A DNA stretch of 64,000 nucleotides from Lingula anatina (GCA_051362555.1 CM120640.1:7626001-7690000); one strand, 5' to 3'. Positions 1-14,900 are shown, counted from the stretch's first letter. Notes: generated by a model from the sequence alone, not told the origin. Numbers and translations: made by a program.

Positions 1-118
1 ATAGTTAATTACCCCCTTACAGCTTTTAGTATAGGCCCCTATATATATATTGTAAGAGCATTATATATATATTGTAAGAGCATTGTAGAGTATTTTTTCC
101 TTCATGTAATTATTCAAT

Positions 119-180
119 ATACAGATTTTCATTAAATTAAGGTATTATTTTGCTTTATCAACGAAAAATTCTGAACGAAG

Positions 181-251
<71 letters not shown>

Positions 252-542
252 CTAGTTGCAATGTATAAGCACAGGCAACCCAAAGCTTTAATCGTCAATT
301 TAACACCTTTCTGTTTTGAGGTGAGATAGCAATCGGTATGGGACACGTGTAACTTCATCCCTAGTCTGAGTGAGATTTTATCACGAATTTTGGCAGAGTT
401 GACTAGAGTATTTCGACTACAACCCGGGTCATCATTTTGGTTTAAAGTATTTGCTATGCAGTTATGAGCCTCTAAGTACAGATTTTCATTAAATTAAGGT
501 ATTATTTTGCTTTATCAACGAAAAATTCTGAACGAAGAACTA
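119..542 (+). repeat. ~65-bp direct repeat (119-184 and 478-542) flanking a (TA)n tract
   Basis: acagattttcattaaattaaggtattattttgctttatcaacgaaaaattctgaacgaagaacta occurs twice; (TA)n at ~184-247. Confidence 0.85.
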
Positions 543-574
543 AGAAAAATTCGACAGCCAACCCTAAAAACTCA

Positions 575-765
575 ATATCTGCATGCCTTCATGACTGAAA
601 ACGACGTGATTCCAGTACAGTGATTTGTCTGCAAACGCACGTGGTCCCCAACCATGACTTGCTGTTAACAGTGGTTTTAGTACGGGTCTTCGTGCAAAAT
701 AACCGGTTTTCAGTAATCTCTTGTTCACGAGGGACTTTGAAACCGACGTTTGGAATGACATTCTG
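575..765 (-). mobile_element. Tc1/mariner transposase fragment
   Basis: RLLKTGYFARRPVLKPLLTASH..WNHVVFSHE is a degenerate Tc1 HTH-linker plus VxFSDE motif. Confidence 0.75.
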
Positions 766-1407
766 CCAAGTGGGGAGGCTTGTGAGAGGCGGAGATACCA
801 TTACACGATTAAGCGGTTTTCCTTTCATGTACATGTACATGTAGGTCCGCCATATTTAGGGGGTGGACCAGCTAACAATCGGCTCTTCTCATTCTGAATT
901 GCCAGACATAATAAGTCCTTGCAGGAGCCATAATTGTACCAAGCTTCTTGTTGACATCCAACGTTCTGTTGCCAATGACTTCACCGTTACCGTGACACAG
1001 GGAACTTTCGGGGAATTTCATCTTGCTCTTAAAAGGATGCCCAGGGGATGCAGTTGAACGTCTTACCCATTAAACTTTTATAACCAGTGGGAAAAATTTC
1101 TTCCTTTCATATGCATGGAATTCGCCCCACTATCGAACGTTGCAATATATGAAAAAGTTATGGAGAAAAAAATTGAAGTCCAGAAATTCTTGTCTACTTC
1201 TACTTTACCTGGAGTATCAGAGCCTTAGCTTTGATTTTCCAAAGTGACAAGAGAAAAAAAAGAGGCAGAGAGAGAGAAAGAGGGACGGATGTCTGTCCCG
1301 CCTACTAAAAGCTGTATGGGGTAATTAACTATAGTGCGCGCTCGGCTGACAGCTATTTAGCGTGAACCCCCAGGGAGTAAGGTCGATCCAGATGGATCGA
1401 TCTCAAT

Positions 1408-1620
1408 CTATGGGAATGCAGATATTTGGATCGATTTATCTCCATGTGGAGTCTCACTAAATTGCTGTCAACTTGGCCGGCTTAAATGTATGTCACGCCT
1501 AGTAAAGCTGTTACGGGGTAATTATCTTTACCCCCTAGCTAATTTGGTAGGCGTGACAGACATTTAAGGTGCTTAGTTGAAAACAATTTAGTGAGACTCC
1601 CCAGGGAGTTAGATCGATCC
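1408..1620. mobile_element. Palindromic (foldback) MITE; family members at ~1-35, 1290-1410, 32958-33150 and 37270-37442
   Basis: ggatcgat..gagtctcactaaattg..tgtcacgccta at one end and taggcgtgacag..caatttagtgagactc..atcgatcc at the other. Confidence 0.75.
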
Positions 1621-4600
1621 AAAGGGATTTGAAAATTTTGGAATCCGGAGAAACCTCTGTCTTATAGATTTTTAGCATTTCCAACAAGGTGTATATTGCG
1701 CGTAAAGATCATTGGGTCAAGTGGTAGCAGCCTCGTTGATGTCGTAGTTATTGAATGAATGTCAGTGTAAGATATTGAATGCTTGCTCACTTATGCCGAT
1801 TTTGTTAGACATGGACTTAAAAAAAGCAGAAAAAAGTAATTTTGAGTTGGCAGTGTGCAGATACTTGATGTCACACGCTGACTGACGCGCGCTCTGCCAT
1901 ACACAATTACGCATATACTTGCACAAACATATGTTTTTTAAGTTTGTGAATTATGAAAGAACGATCAATAAATGTTTCAATACTGATTGACTTTGAGTGT
2001 AGTTTACCCTCAGTAATACTATTCAACTGTAATTGCTACCTGTTTTGCTATTACAAAGGTTGTTTATATATTATCTATTTTAGTTTATGTGTGTGTGTGT
2101 GTGTGTGATAAGAAAACTACTAGAAAACACAACTTTTTTATGTACCTTTTAAATACTATTAAATGGAATAAATGTTTTTTTTCACACTTCCATATGTATA
2201 TTTTCATTAGGCTTGAACAACGTGACTGGGGCCAGGATGAATCCTTTTGCCATACCTTGATCTGCAATCCTCATGAGTCATGACAGATAGAAGTCGTCCG
2301 AGACATACCCATCATTTCTGATGCTGTGTGACATAGAGCACCACCTCAACTTCTGACATACTTTAAAGGGATTGTATATTATTCTTGACCGTAGCTGTTG
2401 CTAATATTATCTGTTATACTAGTAGATAATCAGTAAAATCAAGAATATGCATTCATGGTGTAATGTAGTTTGCCATTGGCAAACCTTAACTTAAAAATAA
2501 AACAATTGAGTAAAATCAAATGCAAAGATGGATTGGAATATGACTTGGTAGCAAAAAAAAAAAAAAAAAAAAAACTGACCTTGGGAAAATTAATTAAATT
2601 ATATTATATGATTTAAGAATTGCCCTTTCAAAAGGAATCTGTTCATTGGCTAAACAATTATGAATTGTAAATTTGTACTGATTTATTATGAGTAGTGTAT
2701 ACTAATCATTACAATGCATGTTATAAAAATAAAAAATAACAATAAAAATTAATATTTTCTGTTGGTTGTATTGCAGATGATATACAAGTAGCTCAAATTT
2801 TAAAATAACAAAAGCAACAATAATTAATGAAATATAATATTGGTCCTTCATTTGTTGGTAAATTTTATATGTTGATGAAAAAATTAATATGCATGCAAAA
2901 AATATTAGCATTGAAAAAAGAACACCCAGGAAAATCTGAGTGATAGTCGGGCCATTCCAGCATATACTGTTTTTATTTTGCCACTTCTTCCCAGCACCAG
3001 ACTATAATATATTCAATAATCAAATCTTCATATTTTCATTACATACGTGTTTGTGTGTGCACAGAAAAGGGGAAAACAGTCAAAACGAGACTGGGTTACT
3101 TAAGAATATAAGAACTCCAAACGAAGCTGATGTACGGATATTGCGAGAGCAATTTTTTGACGGCACTCGAGTGCGGTTTGAATCGAGACACTTTCAGCTG
3201 AACAAATGCCCCTTGACATGCTTACTATGGCAAAAAGCTGAATAAATTCCACACATTTTTTCGTAAATTCTAAAATCCGGAAAGACCTCTATAAGTACAA
3301 ACATGGGCGTTAAAGTTGGACTTGCGTAATTGCTTTCACACATTTTTAATTTCAAACTCACTTTTTTACACAAAAGCGGCTCTGGATCAACTCAAGGCGC
3401 ATCTCATCTTATTTGAAATTTATTTTTAAAAATGAAAATATACATAATGGTACATTGGGTACCTTAATAGATATTTCACCCTTTTTGATACCCTGTAAAT
3501 ACTCGAAATTTTGGTCAATTCAAAATACGTAGACTTCCGGTTTCTCTAAAGTCCCCCTAGCGGCAGCTCATTGGCTCCCGGGCTGACCCAGTCTTATACC
3601 GTATCATGTACGTGTTCTCGTACTGTGTGCTATCTGGGCTCCGTATCTCGAAAGCATCGCGTAAATTGCGAATAGCGATATAATATAGAGGCTACAATGT
3701 ATATTATGGAATCGAAACACTTGCGCTCGGTCGCAATGCGCGATGCTTTCTGGTTTTAATTACGCTTATTCGGATTGCCAAATCGCATTTGGGACTGGAA
3801 ACGTTTTTCTTCCTTAATTATAAGACTCAGTTCTTTATCCCGTTTTTTTACTGTAACATTCCAATGAGAAAGCGTTTTATTCCTTTCATGCTTGTTTGGT
3901 TTTCAGAAAATTCCTTGTTCTTGATAAAAAACACACAGTGCAAACTATTTAGCTCTCTCTCTCTTTTTTCTGTTAAAGCTGTGACCGATTTTCCACTTGT
4001 AAGCTCTTTAATCGCCAAAATTTGCACATAAATGGGCAAACAAGACAAGATATTACAAAGTTGCTATCGCATTTAGATATGTTTATTACAATGATTTTCA
4101 AACTCAACAGATGAGACTGGCCAAAGAAAAAAAAGGTATTTTCAAGAAGTCGACATTAAAACTGAGAATCTGACATACTGAAAAGACATATGGTACGCTA
4201 CTTTATGATATTGATAAAGAAGTAGTACATACGGTATGCTACCTATTTTAGTTGAATTTTTCTCAATGAAATCCACCTTAACACATGCGAGATATTCATG
4301 TCTCGCCTATATATTTGTCAATCAGTATACCTATTCGTATGGTTTGAAATTTCGTATCATTGTCTATAAAACAAGTCACAATATAATAACCTCAAAATTA
4401 AATTTGCTAGCATGAAGCACAATAAATGAACTAATGATATTTGTTCTGCCCTTTTCCTTAAATGATCCCTAAAATTTTGTATTTGTATATTTTCTTATTT
4501 CAAATTTAAATAAAGCAGCAAATTAAGAATTTGATTATTTTCGTTTCATTTTGGCCAAAAAATTTAATTTTCCTGGGGTAAATTACAATTTTCCCATATT

Positions 4601-4847
4601 TGCCAATGGTTAATGAATCCATTTCTACATTCAAAGTTAGTCCTGTTTTTTTATTATTATTTTTCATTATTTTTTTTTTTGTAACTGGCGATACTCCGTA
4701 ATAATAGTAAAGAGATTATGACAGAATATGGCCATCTTTGGAGGTCATGTGGTCCGATGACAAGCACATATTTTAATAGGAATAACTATAACTGCCGTTT
4801 TCGTGGTAAGATAGAATAATTTATATGGGTTGTTTATGCACAATGTA

Positions 4848-4865
4848 TTTATTGTGATATTTATT
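4848..4865 (-). promoter_or_regulatory. Two candidate AATAAA polyadenylation signals of the CULT-caspase gene
   Basis: tttatt at 4848-4853 and 4860-4865, about 70-85 nt past the stop codon. Confidence 0.45.
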
Positions 4866-4932
4866 GTGAAATATAGATCTCATGTAAGAAGAGGTGCTAT
4901 CCCTTTAAGTCTTATCAATGATTGATCAAAAC

Positions 4933-5975
4933 TTAATCCCTGTTGGCTGGCAAGTGAGAAAAATCCTGAAGATCACGCGTCTGAAGATAGAACGGTTCAG
5001 TCAGTGTTAAATGAACACGTGGTACCTGCTTCAAGTGCCCTGCGTCGTTTTCCATCAAGGCGTTCACGAGCTGACAGACCACATCAACGCTATGGACTTT
5101 CGGCATTTCGCTGACCAGATGTTTGGTGAAACTGCTCAAAGATGTTCGGTCGCCGGCAGAAGAGAGGGTATCGTCCGCGCATGAATACATCTTAACAAAC
5201 CCATACCCCTGGTGGGATTCATTTAAGCGACGGAAATCTCTCCCATTCTCATCTCTGCTGGGCTCGACGCTCGGAGTTGCGGCGCGATTTTCGTTAGTAC
5301 TCTCAGTACTGTTTTCTTCCTCGTCGTCACCATCTTCCACTTGTGTACCACGTGCACCGGCCTCGGTTATTGGTATACCAATGGGAGTCTCGTCTGCATC
5401 AGCGTTTGGGGGACATGCGTTGGACGGCATTTCCTGTATTGGACTAGTTTCTGGCGCGACTGCAAAGACCTCATCATCATCCAGATTACTGAGCGAAAGA
5501 CCCTCCACGGCCTTCCTGCAATCTTTTGAAACTTGGTCATGGAACTGACCAGATCCTCTGCAGGCATCGATGATAGAAATCTTCACCCTAGCCCCAGTCT
5601 TCATCAACAGCGTTTCTATTTGGCGAATATTTATGTATGAGCTCGTCGTGGTTGCTTCTTCCCAGTGCTGTAAGTCGGGAATTATGAAGTGGAAACCTTT
5701 CTCGGCTGTTCCATGCCCAGAGAAGTAGAACAGCACAACTTGGTCTTTCTTTATCGGGATATTTTCTAGGGCTGAAATGATTTCATCTTTGGTGGCGTTC
5801 TTCAATTTGTACACCTCGAAGGGAAGACGAAGACTTTTGAGTGTCCGTTCCATGGCATCGGCGTCGTTGGCACAGCACATGAGTCTGTTCCGTGTATCGG
5901 GGTCGCTCTCGTAAGTGTTTCCCACAACAATAGCAATCCTGTTACTGACGTGACTATAAGGAAGAGAGCGGAGAC
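4933..5975 (-). CDS. Terminal exon encoding a caspase-like (peptidase C14, metacaspase/bacterial COG4249-like) domain
   Basis: Acceptor tttattctgtttccag ends at 5976. Motifs RIAIVVGNTY, LMCCANDADAM, VLFYFSGHG (catalytic His), IIDACR (catalytic Cys), then an acidic linker and a p10-like YSCADD..SSFTKHL..KQVP segment. Stop TAA at 4933-4935. Confidence 0.92.
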
Positions 5976-8900
5976 CTGGAAACAGAATAAATATGGATAC
6001 ATATCACCAGTACTTTTCACTTTGCCGTTTTCTTTTCATTTTGCCATTTTCCTGTCGACACTGTATCGCCTACATTTTCACAACAAGTTCTATTACCCCA
6101 ATCGGCATGCAGGCCTCTCTCTCTCTTTCCTAATTTAATTTTCTTCAGGTCGAAATGGGTCCATCAGTGAAATCAATGCAATGGTGCTGTCACTTTCGCT
6201 CTCACATATCGGTATATTTCAGTCCACTGACTTACGTATTATCATTGCTTCGATCACATCCGTCATTATATTTGTAATGATTTTTATATTTTTACCTGTA
6301 GGAATGGAAAACTGTCCACCAATTTTTTCCCAAAACACAACACCCAACGTGTCGTCGTTGCTGGCCGACTTATAGTCCCTGTGAAGAAAAAAATGTTTTG
6401 CTTCGTTTTCACTATAAAATACCCATCTAATAAGAGCAGAAATAAGTATTAACCGTCTTGGTTGTCGATACTGAAAAAAAATGTCACAATTTTTTCACTT
6501 TCACTTAATTTTAAAGAATAAATCAAAACATGACTGACATTTACGGACTACAATCAATTTATTATGTTAAAGACAAACGGTACATACCGCCCTATGGTTT
6601 TTTTACATACTGTACAACATACTGGACAAAACTCTATATAATCCTCAAACCAGCCGTCCTCTGCCTATTGAGAAAATTCATTTTTATCAGTAAAAATATA
6701 ATCATTGCTTTCAAAATCTACATCATATTTTATTTATTACCTTCAATGGAACTCAAAATCCTAATGCGTAAATATCGATATTAATATTCCCACTCAGTCC
6801 CACCATGCTCGGTGTCAAGGTCACTCCATACCCATCCCAATTACAGAATTGACATTTAATATGGAATATTTTTTTCCAAATCGTTTTTCATCAGTTTTTT
6901 CCTCTTTTGCTGACTGATAAATGGAAATAAGGATTAAAATCGTGTTTTAGATTATCTCTTTGATGTCATATTGACATCAGTTCATTGATTGAATTCGAAA
7001 GTGAAGCAAACAGAAGTACATTGCCTGTTCTATGTCATACGACATCCATTAAAAGAGATATTTTGGATCTCCATATTTTCCAAATTATCGTCTGTAAAAG
7101 AGTTGCACGCTCCACAAAGGACCCTCATATCAGTGTGTAGACATGGTAACGGTCGCTGTTACGCCTGGCCTCTTCTGGCTGTAACCAGCGCTCTCAAGCG
7201 GCAAGGCATTCCTTGGGATAGGTTTTTAAAGTTCAATCTGGAAAAACATTCCAAGCAGCGGTCAAAAATTTTCCATCTTGGCCTAGTTTAATTGCAGAAC
7301 ATGTAAGTCGTTGATTCGGCGAGTAATTGCCTACCCACATATTGTCTATGCGGTTCAAATATGGCGATTTTGATGACCAAGGTAGATGCTCATTACCTTG
7401 GTTCTGTAAGTTATCTGCTATTAAAAGTGCTCTGTGTGAACTGGCAATCTCACCGTGCAACCTAAAATTGTTCCTACGGTGCCCCCCATAGGCGTAACTA
7501 GGCATACGCACGGATGCAACGTGCGTACAATTTTTGGCCAACCATGATATTATTTAATATAAATTTTGTGTATTTTTCACGAAATATAAAAGAAAATCCT
7601 CTGCTTATTAAAGTCACCTGTATGCACAAATCCTCTGTATCAATTGTATAGGCACAATTGTTCTGACCCCCCCTCCCCCGTCTTGCATACTTTTATTGAA
7701 CTGAGGTAAACAATGCCTGTAACCTAAACAAGTCCTATCTTAATCGTCCATCTAACTGGAACTTCCTTTACCTCTTAATTGGAGGGTTCAGTGGCCATCA
7801 ACTCTCCTGTAGCCTCTTTCTTGAGAATATCGAATGCATTCTAGCTGGCGATATTTATCTCAGGTAAAAATCTGCCTGAGTGTTATTTTCAAAGAGCAGC
7901 TCCCGCAACCCTGGGGGCACTAGATAAAATCTGGACACCAGGTTTAATAAGGAGGTAGAGAAACAAAGGAAGAATTTTTCCTGCAAAGCTTCAAAGAATT
8001 TTGACACGGACTTGACCCAGCTTACCCCTCCAAACTAACAGGGTGACATGGGCAATTTTTACAAACAAATAATTAAACTTAGATGTATCAGAGCTCTGTC
8101 GTGTCGTGCAATTGGTTGTTTTTGGGAGCCATGCATCCACATGTAAGGTGAATGAAACCGTATGTTAGTTCAACTCAGAGGTGGATCTAGGATTATTCGA
8201 AGGGGGTTCCACATTTGCGAAACTAGCCTCCGTTTAAATAAATATACCGTTCTGGGTAATAAGAATATTGAAACTTTTAATTGCGAGAATATTTCTGACT
8301 AAATGATGATTTTATTATTAATGGAAATTAAAGCTGCGATGTGTGGTACATGTGCTGTGATTACGCTGGCCTTCATCCATTGCGTTAGTCTACATTTTGC
8401 TGGGAATTTTTAAAATCTGTGCGTACAATTTTTAAAGGTCTGGTTACGCCCCTTCCCCCTATCAAATGATATTCAAGTGGTTCCCAGATTATTCCTTTAT
8501 TTGATCTGGTTCAGGTTTGCGTCGATTATTACTATTGGTGTTTTGGTACCAATGTGGTATCCACTCCAAATACTGACGCTGCCAATGCCTCGTGTCACTT
8601 AAGACGCAGCACATGCTTCGTCGTAGGTCCCTTCTGGATGTCTGTAAACTCTGTTTTGACTAGTTGGGCGGTACAGGTGAAATCTGACCTCAATAAAGAA
8701 AACCACGCGGTTTCATTGTTTTACCCAGAAACGGTCATGGTCCCCAATTCATTAGAGAAACAGAAGACGATGTTTTGCTGTTTACAGTGGGTACTACGGA
8801 GGTTGTCTGATATTCTAACCTGCTAAAACCAGTTTGGTGTTTGCTAAGGACCTTGAAAACCGCATTTTTGTGGCAATTTACCCCTCGCTCTGAACGGACT

Positions 8901-11900
8901 ATTTTTTTTTTGTTTAGTTGCAGCAGTGTATCCGGAAAGACAGTGGGTCCTGTACCCTGGAGGTAAGATTTCGGTACAATGGATGAGACCTCTGTGTAGG
9001 TACATCAGTCTGGGTATTACTCTATAAAACTGTGCGGACCGTTCCGTTTGGCACTATAATCTGTCTGGTAATGTCTGTCTTTTTCGCGTCATTCTGCAAC
9101 AGATGAACAGATTTGTAAAGCACTACATAGGTCATTTTACGCACGGCAAAACTGACCGCTTGCATGCAAAACTTTCAAATTCTTCTATGCAGCAGTTGCC
9201 GACATATGGATACTTTTTTGAGAGAACCAACCTTTGCTGAAGCCAAGCTTTGACCAACCCTAAGGAACACTACCCAATTAAATCACTGCATATTACATAA
9301 TGTAGCAGTGCAACAGACAAAGAACTCTTTTAATTGGAAGCGACACACCTGACTTCACACTTTTCCATTCACAAATCCTATATGAGATCGGTGTTTTTTG
9401 AAAAAAGAACGCATTTTTACCTAGGCATACCTTCGAAACTAAAATATTCCATATTAAATGTCAAGTCTGTATATCTCTTTTATACGTCAAAATGTTCCAG
9501 TGACTAAAGACAAAAAAAATGGTAAAAATGCGCTGTAGTGGCCAAATGCGCATTACACTTTTCTTATTGCAAAATGCAGCTCTACTTTTTTCATGATTTT
9601 GCAACCAACTTTCCAGCCTGTCAAGATTTGTCAAGCCCTCGATCTATGGATACGCCATTGTTTGGTTTTGTTGTCTGAATTCATTAGCTTCAATGTAGTT
9701 TCGTATAATTACCTTTGAAGGGTCTCCTCTGTTTCCCTTCAACTTATCACCTTTTACGGTTAGAATCTTCCTTGGGGTACCTGGAAATAGACGTTTTATT
9801 TGAGGGCCCAACACGGTTTACACCATGTCACACCTTACACAGCGGTCTTTTACGTTCATTCAAAACAAAGCTGGGATTTCATGATTCAACCAACACAATG
9901 TTCACCTAATACAGCTAGAGGATCAGAGAGGCGATATCGCCTCCAAATATTGTACCACCAGCTGGAGTAAGCGTATTCGTATGGAAAAAAGTGAAACCGC
10001 CTCCATTACTGTGCATGACAAACTCTACGAAATGCAATAAGCAAGACTTCTCAATTAACAAAAACAATAAATAACAAAATCTTGGGGATAAGTAGAAGGT
10101 CAAGTCCAAGGTTGCCGTAAGATTGTGAATATAAGACCGCCCATCCAAGTTTAAAAGTAATCATAAGAGCTTGAAAATTTGCGAAGTGCAGTTTATATTG
10201 AAAAGTAGGTCAAAGTTCATATCTAAAGTCACAGTAAGATTACCTATATGTCACAAACAAGAACAACATATTCAGACTGAGATTCCCCATATCTACTTAA
10301 AAATAGTGCTTTGAGTTCACTAAAAACTATCTGCAGTTGAATCTAACGACTTACAGGTATACCATAAACTGGCATTATTTTGCAGTAAAAACGGTAAATT
10401 GATCATTCTCTGCGTCAGAAAAATTTACATAGTTGCAATATTGTTCATATTTGTGTATCTAGTCTCTTGCATGTTCGCCTTTTTTCCCTTTTTCCTGTGA
10501 AGGGAATTGGGGTATATATTCACATGTAACCTTATACATAATTAATGTTCTCTAAGGACAAAGCCATTTCAGTACATCACACAATAGCATACATAATTAA
10601 TGTTCTTTCGTCACAGCACATAGTAGCATACGTAATTAATGTCTATTGAGTTATGGTCAAGATAGTCACTTCATGTGCTGTGGTCATGCACAACTTTGGA
10701 ACTTCCTTGTATAGAGTTAACACTATCAAAATTATATGCATGATAAGTATATGATTTACTGCTCAATGTCAGTAGTAACTATGGGGATATCTAAATTTGC
10801 AAATTTCAGTTCAATGGTAAAAAGAGGGTCAAAGCTAAGATTCAAGGTCATCGTAACACCGCCAATATATGACTTCATATTCAGGGTCAATAGTAAATAT
10901 AGACATATCTTTGCCAGTTATAGAGATAGAAAGGATGGAAATTTAAGAAGTGCAGTTCATGGCGAAAAAATGTGAAAATGCACTGATTGACCCTAAAATC
11001 TCCAAGAAGAAAGGAGCCCCTTATCGTAACTCCTCACTATAATATGCCAGCTTTAAGTCTGTGTAGTTTCTGAAAATTGGCACAAACAAAAAAATTTTTT
11101 TTTGCAAAAAATTCCCATTTTAAAGAAAATTTTGGCCCGTTTGACCTTGATATAAAGGTCAAATCCAAAATCCAAGGGCACATTTGGAATCTCTTACTTC
11201 TAAAGTAATTTTTCCCATAATTCCTTTAGTTTGAAAGGTATTTTGCATTTAATTTTCAAAAGTTTTGACAAGGTTGCGTTTTGAACAACGTGCGTCTCGC
11301 CTTGGTCAATGCACCGACTGAAACAAAAAAAGCAGGGGGTTTAAGTTGAGATTTTATGTGACAAATATCCAAGAGGTTGGGACAGGCTGTCTAGGAGGAC
11401 AAATGGTCTCAATGATTTGTTTCCGGCGCCAGAACGCGCAGCAGGCGGATCCGACGGATCAGGCGGAGCCGTACGTGACGGATCGGGACTAATACGGTAT
11501 ATATGCTGGCTGTACTAATTATCCTTCTACCAGCTAGAGCTGAGACTCGACTTCCAAATTTTGCCCAGCAATACGTATATTGTGGTAGGGCCTTTCTCAG
11601 TCCCCCCTCCCTCTTCACATTTTCACTTTTTCTAAATGGTTTCTCATTTTTAAAAATATTATGTCACATGAGTGAAATCTAACTGGCAATGCCCATGGTC
11701 TTCTTTTCGATTTTAATCGTAACATTTAATGCCACATATTACACACTAACCGAGTTCATCCTTCAGGAGTGGAACACGGACTCCAAACACACGCCCAACA
11801 TTTGTGCTCTCGTTGTAGACTATCTTGGATGACACTGGATCCTTGGGAACGATATCTTCCAGTTGGAATAAATGGTTCCTACAGGACTCACACCACAACC

Positions 11901-14900
11901 ATCCTGTTGTGGAATAAACAAATAAATTAATGAATAATGTGAATTTTGTCATGTTGTTAATAACAATGTACTTCATATTATCAACTTGGTGTTAGCCTAT
12001 TCTTAAAATACAATGACTATGATTGTCGGCGACGGTTCACCCAACCCCCTCCTTTTTTATGAACTCTTCTGTAACAAAGAGGTCTTTGCCCCCAGCAAAT
12101 ATTTGCAAGCTGGGCAGTTTTTACTGCCCAGTCTGAATATTGCACGGTAGCATCTACCCCTCTGCGTTTTAGCGGCTCAGCAGCTCCTGACAGCGGCAGC
12201 ACTGATTATCACGGCCCTCGGCTCAGTGGTTCCAGATAGCAATCTCACCAGCAGCAGTTTTCAATTTGTTTCTGTTTATAATCAGATTTTTGTACTATTT
12301 TTTCCGTCACAATTTATTATTTATTTTAATTATTTCTTCTTGTTGACTTTTAATCTTCGCTCCATCCTCAATAAGGATTTTAAACATGTTTATACAATAA
12401 AGATAATAAGAATAATGGCAAGATAATAGTTATTAATATTGCCACGATGAGAGTAAACAAACGGTGAAGATGTAGATATTAGTAAAAAGGTACATATATG
12501 GTAAAAGTAGTTTCCACCTTACCTTCCAGGTGGGGTCCATGTAGTTCCTTGAGAAGCAAGCCGTAGAAATGACGGTCAAAATTTTGGAAACGCCTGCAAT
12601 TCAAAGTGCTTCTTATCTGGCATAATGTTACAATATTTTGATATCATAAGTAAAGCCTTTTTTACGTTTCTATAAAGGCAAACACCTTAACAATTTCACG
12701 ACTCGAGCATTATGTTATGTTATGAAAGCTGTTGATGCTTTTTTCGGGGGGGGGGGGGGGGGGGGGGGCTGCGTTTCCCATTTCCACGGAAAAAAGGAGT
12801 AGAATCCGGTGTCCCATTATTTGTCTTAATATAGAGTATGTAAAAGAACAAACATACCAACCAATGAGCCGCTGGCACCCCTCCTGGGGGCATCTGCATT
12901 CAACTGCCGTAAGACCAACAAACCAATCACTCTTTACCTGTAAAAATACACCTGCTGATGATAATGTGTTTAATATCTTATGCCGATATACTTTTTCCAA
13001 AGAGTGGAAGGGTAGCAAATATATCTAATCCATGTAGTACATATTCCATACTTCATACATTATAATGATGCCTGTAGTTAATTAAAAATATAAAACGGTC
13101 CTGTAAGGAAATTACCCACACTTACTTCATTATTCTCACCCTGGCACCTAATGTCAGCATCTTCTACAGTTAGGAAAACGTGGAAATCATCTACAGTGAA
13201 CAAAATGATACATGATACTACTTTAAAAAAGTAGTAATGACGGCGTGTTTTAGCAAAGACGAAAAATCACTTGCCTTCATTTCAGAAAGGTTAATACAAT
13301 TTAAAAAATAAATTTCGGTACTTCGCAACACTTACCCACATCGTTGATAATAGATCACCCTAAGATACCTCAATCGCTACCAGCAGTTCTACTATAGTTG
13401 TTACAACACTGAACAAAGGACATGGTCCTTCTAATCGAATCTAATATCCAATATGAGTTCATAAAAACTTTCCCCTTTTTCCCTTTTGAAACAAAATAGC
13501 AAATTTCTTTTTTATCGCATTTCCTTGGTTTTCTTTAAATGTAAAAGAAAATGGCAGTTTTTATCAATATTTCAATATCCGACAAGATTGAAATCACTCC
13601 CCTCCCCCATCCCCCAGTTTCATACCACTTACTTGTTTGATCCTTGAAACTGTGAACTTGCGTATGAATTTTTTCATTGAAAAGATGAATGTCTTCCGAT
13701 CCGTGAAAACCAGATCCAACTGACACATGGTTTCTCAGATTTACTATGCTGTTCCTCCATGACACTCTGTGTTGACATTGGCGGCATTTTAGATAAAACT
13801 CTTCGAGAGCATTAAAATAAATAAATAAATAAATGAACGAAATACACAAAGATAATGTTGATAAAATATAAACCATTTTATAATATAATAGTGTCATAAT
13901 ATTGGAGAAAGAAGTGTTATGTATTTTGACAATTCCTTATTCATTTATATTAATGAAAGGGACAAGTCCACTTGTTAATCATCTATATATATATATACAC
14001 ACACACTGGACAATAGAAGTGTCACCCCTACTGAACCAATACTTTGGGGGAGATAAATGACAGCGGAATGATATGCTCCTGGTATCATTTTATTAACATC
14101 AAATTTCCCAAAAAACCCAAAATGGGAACAAAATATACATTCTACCAGTTTATGCAGTTTCAAGTCCAAAATTAGTGCTTAGTGGCATAGTCACATGACC
14201 TAATAATAGCTGTCAGTTTGCGAGGCAAGGATTCATATAATTGTCTGATGCGTTCAGGGCTTATGCTGGCCCAAGCATGAAACACTGAATATAACAGAGT
14301 TTGTCTGCTGGTTGGACGGGCATTTGTAAAAAGTTTTTATTACGTTTGCATCCGGACTCTGGGCAGGTCACATCACCCTGCAAATGTCCAGTTGGTCAAA
14401 CCAATCATCAGCTGCTCTGGGCCTGTGACAAGGAGCATTGTCATCCTCGTGAACAAATGGATAATTCCTGTTACCAAACATGTTAGTAATAGATGGTAGC
14501 AAGCCTGACTTCAAAACATCGATATATTTCCAGTACCTCTGGTTTAAAATATGTGCAAACGGTATCCATGGCAATATGCTCAGTGTTCTCAAGTCTACAT
14601 GTATGTATGCACAATTGCAAGCTTGTATAAGGCTACCAAACACATCAAGCTGCACGTCAACGTTCTCATGTAGTATTGGTACCAGGCAAAGATGCATGGT
14701 CAACCCGTTTTTGTTTTGCTTATTCATAACTGATCTCATTCATCTTTGTGAAGAATTTTCCTGCCAAGGTATTTATTTAAATCAGGAGTTCATGAACATT
14801 ACCTCGCTTTTATATGCAGATGACTTAGCAAACTGTGCTGATACTGTGCAAAATCTGCAAAGACTCTCATATCACTTAGCGTTGTTCTGTTAACGCTGGA

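Noticed and set aside
5123-5548. 141-aa plus-strand ORF
   Set aside because: Antisense shadow of the caspase exon.
4933-5925. Caspase ORF as bacterial contamination or a stand-alone gene with a GTG start
   Set aside because: The frame extends upstream through the conserved RIAIVV strand to a spliceosomal acceptor, and it is embedded in eukaryotic repeats.
6740-6830. Donor-like GAAG|gtaata upstream of exon 6588-6664
   Set aside because: A stop codon lies in the frame needed to join the next exon.
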